Shown: piece by piece, positions 30,706 through 38,307 of the stretch | Layout: each line of letters starts with the position of its first letter | Numbering within the stretch: position 1 is the stretch's first letter | Assembly (NCBI GenBank): GCA_963694325.1 | Contig: CAVOCV010000002.1 | Coordinates: 1 to 39,667 of the forward strand | DNA from: Candidatus Thalassarchaeaceae archaeon | Lineage (GTDB): Archaea; Thermoplasmatota; Poseidoniia; Poseidoniales; Thalassarchaeaceae | DNA: 39,667 nucleotides | Direction: 5' to 3' | Position numbers and translations under genes: made by a program | The notes under the pieces: model-generated | What the model saw: only the letters and a program-made list of their open reading frames with translations | What the model was told of the DNA's origin: nothing | Databases searched by the model: none

Positions 30706-30931
30706 TGTTCGCGCCGGGACCTGAGCGCTGGACTGAGCGAAGCGAAGGAAGCGCGAAATCAAGAAGCAATAGCAGTCGGTGGGGCGCGAACACCGACTCT
30801 TATCGATACATATCGAGGTGCTCGCGCCGGGACCTGAGCGCTGGACTGAGCGAAGCGAAGGAAGCGCGAAATCAAGAAGCAATAGCAGTCGGTGAGGCGC
30901 GAACACCGACTCTTATCGATACATATCGAGG
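30706..30931 (-). repeat. Two tandem 113-bp direct repeats (30706-30818, 30819-30931) immediately 3' of tRNA-Glu, each carrying a copy of the tRNA's terminal 14 nt
   Basis: The period is exactly 113 bp. The two units differ at 2 positions (30708/30821 and 30782/30895). The 14-mer TGCTCGCGCCGGGA (+ strand) occurs at 30932, 30819 and, with 1 mismatch, 30706. A degraded partial third unit extends to about 30655. Confidence 0.9.
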
Positions 30932-31006
30932 TGCTCGCGCCGGGATTCGAACCCGGGTCAGCGGGATGAAAACCCACCATGATGGGCCTGACTACACCAC
31001 GCGAGC
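30932..31006 (-). tRNA. tRNA-Glu (anticodon TTC), CCA not encoded
   Basis: The reverse complement is GCTCGCG-TGGTGTAGTCAGGCCCATCATG-GTGGG-TTTTCAT-CCCGC-TGAC-CCGGG-TTCGAAT-CCCGG-CGCGAGC-A. The D-arm sequence is typical of archaeal tRNA-Glu. Confidence 0.9.
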
Positions 31007-31048
31007 GACAAGCCCCCCGCGGCGAATCGGGTTCATGAGGCGTTCGGT

Positions 31049-31660
31049 TCACTCTTCCTCATCGAGGAGGCCGTCCCACCAGCGCTTCGAGGGGATGAGA
31101 AGGGCGACACCGAGGATGCTGACGAGCACCCAGGCCTTCCAATCGCTGAGGGTATCCATGAGTTCAGCACCCCAGAATCCGATGGCGACCGCCTCGATAC
31201 CGAAGCGCAAGCCGCGGCCGAGAAGTCCGGCCTGAATGAAGCGGCGACGATCCATCTCACCCATGCCTGCAACCCAGGCGAATACCTTGTACGGAATGGG
31301 ACTCAATGCGGCGATGAAGACGCCCATCTCACCATATCTGCGGGTCAGATTCTGCAGTCGCTTGACATGGTGTGAGGCAAATAATCGCTCGGCGACGCTG
31401 AGCCCGAGACGTTGACCGAGCCAATGGCCGACGACCGCACCGGCCACACTGGTGATGGTTGCGACGAACCAGATGGCGAGAATCATGCCCCACGAGCCAT
31501 TTGCGGCGATCAGCATCGGCAGGATGAGTGCCTCGGGCGGAATGGGATGGATGATGGCCTCGGTGAACGAGAGGATGCCGAGGCCGATGAGTCCGAGGCT
31601 GTCCGCCCAATCGACGAAGGCATTCATTGCCGACCAGAAGAAGTCGGGTAAGAGGCCCAT
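31049..31660 (-). CDS. DedA/YqaA-family (SNARE-associated) membrane protein
   Basis: The motif SFTEAIIHPIPPEALILPML and several TM helices are typical of COG1238 YqaA. Confidence 0.75.
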   Translation of the reverse strand: MGLLPDFFWSAMNAFVDWADSLGLIGLGILSFTEAIIHPIPPEALILPMLIAANGSWGMILAIWFVATITSVAGAVVGHWLGQRLGLSVAERLFASHHVKRLQNLTRRYGEMGVFIAALSPIPYKVFAWVAGMGEMDRRRFIQAGLLGRGLRFGIEAVAIGFWGAELMDTLSDWKAWVLVSILGVALLIPSKRWWDGLLDEEE

Positions 31661-31749
31661 GTCGGCTTGGCGCTACCAAGAAGGGATGACCCTTTCCCAT
31701 CGACGACGGTGCCGGAAGGCTGATTTCACGGCGCTGCCGAGTCGTCACT

Positions 31750-32199
31750 ATGGAGGTACTCGACACGGCTGCGTTGCTCGCTTGGCCGCTCGAAGCACTC
31801 TCTGCAGGCATCTGTGCGCCGAGCCAGATCGCTGAATTGGAACGATTGTCCCCTTCACGGGCCCTGCTGATCGAATCCCAAGGCCCTCGCTTCCAAGCGC
31901 CGCAGTCCTTGGATGCTGCGATTTCCGCTGCGCAGCAGACCGGTGACCACTCGGGCTTGTCAGATGTCGACATCGAGTTGCTCGCCCTCGCATTCGAATT
32001 GAGCATCCCATTGGTGACGGATGATTATCGAATGCAGAACGTGTGTGAATTCATGGGGCATCCCTGGCGGGGCGTCCTTCAATCGGGCGTGACAGAAGTG
32101 CGTCACCACAGCCGGATTTGTCAGGGTTGCAAAGCGGTCCATCCCACCGCTGAGACCTGTCCGGATTGTGGGTCGCCGATGCGCCTCAAACGAGATTGA
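31750..32199 (+). CDS. nob1: Nob1-like PIN-domain endonuclease with C-terminal zinc ribbon (16S rRNA 3'-end maturation)
   Basis: PIN motifs are VLDTAALL and LSDVDIELLALAFELSIPLVTDDYRMQNV. The zinc ribbon is CQGC...CPDCGSPM. Confidence 0.8.
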   Translation: MEVLDTAALLAWPLEALSAGICAPSQIAELERLSPSRALLIESQGPRFQAPQSLDAAISAAQQTGDHSGLSDVDIELLALAFELSIPLVTDDYRMQNVCEFMGHPWRGVLQSGVTEVRHHSRICQGCKAVHPTAETCPDCGSPMRLKRD

Positions 32200-32267
32200 A
32201 TTTCCAGTTGAAGTTCAACAATCGATGAATGGAAATTTACAATTGAAAAAATCGAATTTCCAATTGG
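32200..32267. terminator. AT-rich convergent intergenic spacer (nob1 / tatA) with oligo-T (minus strand) and inverted repeats
   Basis: A6 at 32246-32251 gives T6 on the tatA strand, 17 nt after its stop. AATTTCC (32199, 32255) can pair with GGAAATT (32231). There is a palindrome TTGAAGTTCAA at 32208-32218. Confidence 0.5.
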
Positions 32268-32543
32268 TCAATCAGATGACTCTTCTTCGACTTCATCGGG
32301 GGTCTTTCCCTCGATGTCGACCCCGGCATCCTCGGCCTTCTCAGCGATGGCCGCGGTTTCGGTGCGGCCGCCGCGGTCGAGATCTTCCTCGGTCGGGTCG
32401 CCCGCCTTCTTGACATCTGCCAATCCCTCGTGGAACTCTCCTTTGGCCTGTCCAAAGGCGCGGGCCAGCTTCGGCAGGCGCTCTGCACCGAAGAGAACGA
32501 AGAAGGCGACGAGGAGGATGACGACTTCGTTGTTACCGATCAT
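32268..32543 (-). CDS. tatA: Sec-independent (Tat) translocase subunit TatA/E
   Basis: It starts MIGNNEVVILLVAFFVLFGAERLPKLARAFGQAKGEF, the canonical TatA TM helix, hinge and amphipathic helix. The tail is acidic. Confidence 0.85.
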   Translation of the reverse strand: MIGNNEVVILLVAFFVLFGAERLPKLARAFGQAKGEFHEGLADVKKAGDPTEEDLDRGGRTETAAIAEKAEDAGVDIEGKTPDEVEEESSD

Positions 32544-32595
32544 GAACTCACCATTCCTTCGGGGGACGTGTGCCCTCATTCAACGTTGCGCCGCT

Positions 32596-32823
32596 TCAAC
32601 CGCCTGAAACCGGCGGAAGGAGGGCGATCTCAGCCGGCTGGTTCAGGACAGTATCCACATCGACAATGTTGCCGTCAACGGCGGCTTTGGTGTGCTCTGC
32701 ATCGATGTCTAGCTCGCTGAGAAGCTGCCCGAGAACGGCCCCCGCAGCGAGTTCCACAGTGATACTGCTCGCTTTGAATCGGTCCCGCAGTGGTCCGAAT
32801 AGAAGGACAGTGTGCCGGAGCAT
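32596..32823 (-). CDS. MoaD/ThiS-family ubiquitin-like small protein (SAMP-like) ending in Gly-Gly
   Basis: 75 aa. It has the beta-grasp pattern VLLFGPLRDRF and the C-terminus EIALLPPVSGG. Confidence 0.75.
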   Translation of the reverse strand: MLRHTVLLFGPLRDRFKASSITVELAAGAVLGQLLSELDIDAEHTKAAVDGNIVDVDTVLNQPAEIALLPPVSGG

Positions 32824-32847
32824 GGGGTGGGCTGTGAAGCCGGACTG

Positions 32848-32853
32848 TTATAT
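32848..32853 (+). promoter_or_regulatory. TATA-like TTATAT 29 nt upstream of ATG 32877
   Basis: This is an AT hexamer in a GC-rich spacer, with spacing similar to the other putative leaderless promoters in the window. Confidence 0.4.
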
Positions 32854-32876
32854 CCCTGCTCCGGGGGCGCCATGCC

Positions 32877-33575
32877 ATGTCGAACGTGCTTCGTGCCCAC
32901 GAACTGTGGAAGGTCTACGAGACCGGAACGAATCGGGTCGAGGCCCTGAGAAAAGTCAGCGTCTCATTTCAGGCCGGTGAGATGGTCGCTGTCATGGGTC
33001 CATCCGGCTGTGGAAAAACGACCTTGTTGAACTGCCTTTCAGGCTTGGATGATTTCTCTTCAGGTGAGGTATTTGTGCATGGGGATGCCCTGTCTCAGAT
33101 GAGCGATCGGGTGTTGACCGAGATGCGTGGGACACAGTTGGGATTCATCTTTCAGGCCTTCAATCTCCTGCCGGTTCTGACCGCGGTTGAGAACGTCGAA
33201 TTGCCATTGTTGATGGCCGGTCATTCCCCCCGTGAAGCGCGTACCATGGCCCTGGCCGCCCTCGAATCTGTGGGTTTGGACGACCGCGGTGGACACCTGC
33301 CTGCGGAATTGTCCGGCGGGCAGCAACAGCGCGTCACAATCGCTCGTTCGTTCGTCCACTCCCCGGCGATCATCCTCGCCGATGAAGCGACGGGGAATCT
33401 CGACACTCAAACCAGCGATGAAATCCTCGATCTCTTGCTCGGTCTCAATGCCGAGCGGAACCTGACCATCATCCTCGTGACACACGATCACGACGTCGCA
33501 TCCCGCTGTTCGCGCGTCCTCGAGATGCTCGATGGTCGCATCGTATCGGATACTCGGTCAGACGAAGAGGAGTGA
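32877..33575 (+). CDS. ABC transporter ATP-binding protein (MacB/LolD-like)
   Basis: Walker A is GPSGCGKTT, the Q-loop is present, the signature is LSGGQQQRV, Walker B is IILADEATGNLD, and the H-loop is VTHD. Confidence 0.92.
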   Translation: MSNVLRAHELWKVYETGTNRVEALRKVSVSFQAGEMVAVMGPSGCGKTTLLNCLSGLDDFSSGEVFVHGDALSQMSDRVLTEMRGTQLGFIFQAFNLLPVLTAVENVELPLLMAGHSPREARTMALAALESVGLDDRGGHLPAELSGGQQQRVTIARSFVHSPAIILADEATGNLDTQTSDEILDLLLGLNAERNLTIILVTHDHDVASRCSRVLEMLDGRIVSDTRSDEEE

Positions 33576-33588
33576 GGAGGCCGCTTCG

Positions 33589-36500
33589 ATGTCGCTCGCA
33601 GGCCCTTGGTCATCCACTCGCCTTGCGATGACGTTGGGTCTGAGTTTCCTCGTTTCATGCTTTGTCGGCTATTTTGCCTTCAATTCGGGCTCTCTTGGGG
33701 AGATTTTGACCTGGATTGGCCTGACGCTGATGTCCGGATTCATCACCTATACCGGCGTGCAATGGCTGGTCTCAAGCCGGCATCGAATGCTGGCCACGTT
33801 GGCGCGCAATAACTTGACCCGCCGCAAGCGAAACACGGCCCTCGTCGTCGTCGGATTGCTGGTGGGTTCGGCCATCGTCTCCTCTTCTCTGGTCATCGGC
33901 GATAGCTTGGATGCGACGATGGAAGAGCAATTTCTCGCGCCGCTGGGTGACACGGATTACTACATCCGGGGTTCAGATCATCTGACTGGACTTCCCATCG
34001 AGTGGAATGAGAGTCGGGCGGCGTCTCTATTCGATGAACTGAGTGGCTGGAATGATATTGACGGCTTGCGTGGTGGCCTGTCGATTTCCACCTCCATTCG
34101 CCATGATGGATTGGGCGATCCAATCGTCAATTGGTATGCCTTCAACAGCACACAATCCGCTGCCGGAGGCTTCCGTGCGATCGGTGGCGCGGACGGCATT
34201 CGCTATGCGGACATCGAGCCGGGGCATGTCGTCATCAATGCCGAATTGGCAGAGAGTGTGGATGCCGGTCCTGGGGATGAAATTGAAATTCATTGGATGG
34301 ACATTTCCCTCGAGGAAGGGATCAGCCGTGATTCGACCAACCTGACCGTGCAAGCCGTCGTCGACGATGTCAACACGGGTCATCGCAATGCCCGCCAATC
34401 CCTGATTTTCACCCCGGTGGACGTCGCCCAATCCTTGACGGGAAAATCCGACGTCATCACCCATCTGGCCATCGCTGTCAAAGGCGATGGAAACGACGCA
34501 CTGCACTCCAGAATTGAGACTTCGGTCAATGAAATTTTGGTGGCGGAAGATGCCGGATTGATGATCGAGTCTGTGCCCTCCAATGGCATGTTTGGCGTCG
34601 CCCGAACGACCGGCCTCGGCATGCTCGATGTGGGCGAGGTCACCAACCTCTCCGCCGCGGTGGAAGGGGTCGGTTTGGATGTCTCGATGACCGGCCTTCT
34701 TCAGGTGCCGATCTACAACATCGCAAAGCAGGGATTGAACGTCTCTGGGTTGGCCTCGGCCTCGATTTCAACGATTGCGCAATCGGGCGACTGGGACCTG
34801 TATGCGACCTCTGCGGGCCTGTCGTTGCAGGCACCGGACGGTGAGTGGTGGATCTACAGCCCTGATGGACTGGATGACGAATCGGTGCGCGATGTACTCC
34901 TGCTCGGGCCCGAACATATTCTCGCCGCTCATGCCGACGGTATTCGTGAGCTGAATCTGACCGCGAACGCACCCGATGATGACCACCTGATGGGGCATGA
35001 TATCACCGCACTGGAACGGTTTGGGCCGACGATTCTCGCCCTGGAATTGCGAGATGGGCAGGTCACCCTCCACAGCTCAGAATCGGACTTTGATTGGACG
35101 GCGACCGCCCTCCCAGGCACGGATACCCAATCGGCATCCCTCGCTGTGGACGAGGATGAGATCGTCGTCATGCTCGATGGCATTCTCGGCACCGTTCTGT
35201 GTTCGGGTCCAGCGCCTGACGAGTTGATCTGCCAGGTGGGCAGCGACCTTCGTGGCCTGTTCAGCCACGGGGATTCCACATGGATTACCATCGGGCAAAC
35301 CCTCCATCAATTCGACGCGAACAACACGACCGAAGCGTGGACACTCGGCCTGCCAAACGGCACCATCCTCGCCCAAGATGCGGCGGCAATCTGGGTGGAA
35401 GGTGCAGGCTTGTGGGCATGGAATGGCACTGTGTTCGAAGCCCTTGAGTTGGAAATTCCCTCCGCGGCGACAACGGAGGATGCCGTGTTCAGTCTGGTCG
35501 ATGATTGTCTGATCATCAGCACTGGAACCGGCGTATCGATTCTGGAGAATGGCACCCTCTCCGGCCGCCTGCCGTCGAGCATCAAGGTCGATGTTCTCAA
35601 TCGATTGCCGCTGATGGTCGTCGCCATCGAAGGCGCGGGCATGCCGGGCTTTGAACCGGTCCAAGCCGGTCGCATCAACGTCTCTGCATGGGCCGGCGAA
35701 ACCCTGGCGTTGCAGTCCATCGACGGCGTGGTACTGCGCGGCTATCTGCCGGCGATTCGAGGGCAATTGGATGGCGAGCGTCTGGTCGTCGATGCGCCCA
35801 ATATCTCCTTCCCGACACCACCCGGTCAAGATGCCTTTGCCGCGGTCACCTTTGGCTTTGTTTCCATCTCTGATGCCGAGGCATTGGCCGGGGGTGGCGA
35901 GGGCGACCGCTCGATGGTCATCATCGCTGGATTCTCGATGTTTGACTCTGAGAATTTCACTGCCATGCACGCGGCGTTGGAGGTCTGGGCCGACGAACAA
36001 GCCGACCTGCAGACGACCGGCCTGAAGGTTGCGCCCATCAAGCAGAATCTGACCGAGAATACCGCTCAGGCCGGCGAATCCTTCGCCATGCTCTTCCTCA
36101 TCTTCGGAACCTTCGTCATCTTCGCCGGCATTCTCCTCGTGATGAATATCTTCGTCATGCTTGCAGATGAACGCAAGCCCGAGATGGGCATGGCCCGCGC
36201 CATCGGCATGCAGCGCTCCGATCTGCGCGCTCTCTTCGTTCAGGAGGGCGCCCTGCTCGGGCTGATTTCGAGTGCTCTTGGATCCCTTGCAGGCATCGGT
36301 GTGGCCTGGGCCTTGATGCAGATGATGAACGTCGCTTTCCGCGACACTCTCGGGTGGGATGTGGTCTTTGATTGGAGTGTGCAAAGCCTGCTGGCGGGCT
36401 TCGTCACGGGATTCATCGTCACCTGGGTCACGCTGTGGTTGACCTCCTTGTGGATCAGCCGATTGAACGTCGTCGCGGCGATTCGTAGCATTCCAATCCG

Positions 36501-38175
36501 GTTCAAGGGCGGCCTGCCGTGGTGGTCGATCCTCATCACTCTCTTCTTGGGCTTCTCCGCTGCCTCGAGCATTGGCCTCGCCTTCCTCGTCGGGGATCCA
36601 AGCGACGGTTCTCGTCATGCTTCGTGGACATTTGGAATCTTCATGCTGATGTTGGCGATGGTGCCTCCCGCGTTCTGGATTCTTGGCAGGGTTCTGCCCG
36701 AGGACATCCAGATTCGGGGCATGCGACTCCACCGTCCCGTCGTGCTACCACGGATCATCCTCTCGATCCTTTCCGTGTCGATGATGCTGTTCGGTTGGAA
36801 GGGTGACCCCATCAGTGCGGAGTGGCAACAGGGGGCCTTTTCTTTCATCGTTCTCGGCCTGTTCATGGTCGCTGCGGGTGTGATGTTGCTCACCAGCCTT
36901 GCACCGTTGGCCGCGCGGGCGGGGGCACGTCTGCTGTCGCCTCTGTCCAGTCGAATCGCTTCGGTATTACCGACCAGTCTGTCCTATCCGCTGGCCACGC
37001 CGTTCCGCACTGCGATGACGATGGGCATGTTTTCACTCGTCGTATTCGCGGTCGTCGTCCTGTCCGGCTACAGCGCTCTGTTTGGCAACTACATCGCGGA
37101 CCTCGGCGATGAGGCCGGGGGCGATTTTGAAATTCTCGCCTTCGGAGAAGGCATCGACGGTGACCTTTCGACCTGGAACCTCGGCGGGGCGGACGCGGAA
37201 GATTTCGACGGCTTTGCAGTCATTTCAGCCGGGGTAATCAACGCCGAGCGCAGTGATGGTGATGGCGATCGATTGATGCTTTACGTCAACGGCTTCGATA
37301 CGAATTTCACCGACCATGGCGCACTGACTCTGGATGTATGGGCAGAGGAACTTGGCCCCACCCAAGCCGACGCATGGCAAGCTGTTCTCGACGATCAAAG
37401 TCTGGTCATCATCGATCATTCTCTGACGCGTCAACCGCCTGGATTCGGGGTGCACTCCTCTCTGAATTTAACCGTGGGAAGTCAGATTCTGATTAGCGAC
37501 CCTACGAATTCTGGCATCAATCGCACAGTCTATGTCGCTGGTATCTTGAAACAGGAATCCTCGATTTTCATGACGGGCATCATCATGAATGCCTCCTTCG
37601 CCGAGGAACGCTTCGATGCCGAACCCACCTACGCATGGTTCAGCCTGCCCGAGGGCACAGACGCCGCTACGCAGGCCGCACTCGCCGACGAGATCGAGCG
37701 CGGCATGATCGAGCAGGGCATCGCCGTCTTCGTCATCGAGATAGAATTCGAGAAGGCGCAGGCCTTCTTCCTCTCGATGTTCAATCTGCTCCAGGCCTTC
37801 CTCGGCCTCGGCCTTGCCGTCGGCATCGCAGGACTCGCAGTGGTCACCATCCGCAACGTCAGCGAACGGCGTCACCAGATCGGCATTCTCCGGGCCCTTG
37901 GGTTCCAGCGGGGCATGGTCGTCGCAGCATTCCTTGTGGAATTGTCATGGGTCTCATTCCTCGGCATTCTCAACGGCGCACTCGTGGGCATTGGATTCCA
38001 CTACTCATTGTACGAGCGATTTCTCAAGGACGATGGCGCTGAGTTCCTGATGCCGTGGGCGGAAATCTCTGCCATCATCATCGGTGCCTATGCCCTAACG
38101 CTGATCGCCACCGTCTGGCCGGTTCTAAAGGCGGCATCCATCCGGCCTGCGGAGGCACTCCGGGATGTGGATTGA
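33589..38175 (+). CDS. Giant (1528 aa) fused double FtsX/MacB-type ABC permease with a ~740-aa extracytoplasmic insertion
   Basis: GAGGAGG lies 8 nt upstream of ATG 33589. The FtsX TM1 context is LARNNLTRRKRNTALVVVGLLVGSAIV. Two FtsX C-terminal modules are present (ERKPEMGMARAIGMQRSDL..., ERRHQIGILRALGFQRGMV...). The long first loop has repeats reminiscent of beta-propeller blades. Confidence 0.85.
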   Translation: MSLAGPWSSTRLAMTLGLSFLVSCFVGYFAFNSGSLGEILTWIGLTLMSGFITYTGVQWLVSSRHRMLATLARNNLTRRKRNTALVVVGLLVGSAIVSSSLVIGDSLDATMEEQFLAPLGDTDYYIRGSDHLTGLPIEWNESRAASLFDELSGWNDIDGLRGGLSISTSIRHDGLGDPIVNWYAFNSTQSAAGGFRAIGGADGIRYADIEPGHVVINAELAESVDAGPGDEIEIHWMDISLEEGISRDSTNLTVQAVVDDVNTGHRNARQSLIFTPVDVAQSLTGKSDVITHLAIAVKGDGNDALHSRIETSVNEILVAEDAGLMIESVPSNGMFGVARTTGLGMLDVGEVTNLSAAVEGVGLDVSMTGLLQVPIYNIAKQGLNVSGLASASISTIAQSGDWDLYATSAGLSLQAPDGEWWIYSPDGLDDESVRDVLLLGPEHILAAHADGIRELNLTANAPDDDHLMGHDITALERFGPTILALELRDGQVTLHSSESDFDWTATALPGTDTQSASLAVDEDEIVVMLDGILGTVLCSGPAPDELICQVGSDLRGLFSHGDSTWITIGQTLHQFDANNTTEAWTLGLPNGTILAQDAAAIWVEGAGLWAWNGTVFEALELEIPSAATTEDAVFSLVDDCLIISTGTGVSILENGTLSGRLPSSIKVDVLNRLPLMVVAIEGAGMPGFEPVQAGRINVSAWAGETLALQSIDGVVLRGYLPAIRGQLDGERLVVDAPNISFPTPPGQDAFAAVTFGFVSISDAEALAGGGEGDRSMVIIAGFSMFDSENFTAMHAALEVWADEQADLQTTGLKVAPIKQNLTENTAQAGESFAMLFLIFGTFVIFAGILLVMNIFVMLADERKPEMGMARAIGMQRSDLRALFVQEGALLGLISSALGSLAGIGVAWALMQMMNVAFRDTLGWDVVFDWSVQSLLAGFVTGFIVTWVTLWLTSLWISRLNVVAAIRSIPIRFKGGLPWWSILITLFLGFSAASSIGLAFLVGDPSDGSRHASWTFGIFMLMLAMVPPAFWILGRVLPEDIQIRGMRLHRPVVLPRIILSILSVSMMLFGWKGDPISAEWQQGAFSFIVLGLFMVAAGVMLLTSLAPLAARAGARLLSPLSSRIASVLPTSLSYPLATPFRTAMTMGMFSLVVFAVVVLSGYSALFGNYIADLGDEAGGDFEILAFGEGIDGDLSTWNLGGADAEDFDGFAVISAGVINAERSDGDGDRLMLYVNGFDTNFTDHGALTLDVWAEELGPTQADAWQAVLDDQSLVIIDHSLTRQPPGFGVHSSLNLTVGSQILISDPTNSGINRTVYVAGILKQESSIFMTGIIMNASFAEERFDAEPTYAWFSLPEGTDAATQAALADEIERGMIEQGIAVFVIEIEFEKAQAFFLSMFNLLQAFLGLGLAVGIAGLAVVTIRNVSERRHQIGILRALGFQRGMVVAAFLVELSWVSFLGILNGALVGIGFHYSLYERFLKDDGAEFLMPWAEISAIIIGAYALTLIATVWPVLKAASIRPAEALRDVD

Positions 38176-38252
38176 GTTACAAATCGTATGTTCCAGAGTT
38201 AATTAAGGAATCTAAGTTTTAACCCCGAAAAATATCAGAATACCCCCCACAC

Positions 38253-38260
38253 TATAAATA
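38253..38260 (+). promoter_or_regulatory. TATA box TATAAATA in a ~130-nt AT-rich spacer, followed by GGAGG (38295-38299) and GTG 38308
   Basis: Read directly from the sequence. This is the strongest TATA-like element in the window. Confidence 0.5.
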
Positions 38261-38307
38261 CGCGATTTTGGTGTGGCGGAGTACCCACTGTGAGGGAGGA
38301 CTGTAAA

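Noticed and set aside
30706-30931. Possible CRISPR array
   Set aside because: There are only 2.5 units of 113 bp with no repeat/spacer alternation, because the whole unit is repeated. No cas genes are present, and the repeat contains a tRNA 3' fragment. It is a tandem direct repeat, not a CRISPR.
35077-36732. 551-aa minus-strand ORF inside the FtsX permease gene. Similar antisense ORFs occur at 14540-15571, 12022-12822, 27019-27870, 9603-10562, 6344-7471 and 3511-4155.
   Set aside because: All lie opposite frames with clear family motifs (FtsX, GyrA, Tmk, LTD, A24 peptidase, LonB). All have biased Arg/Gly/Asp/His composition and no recognisable motifs, so they are shadow ORFs.
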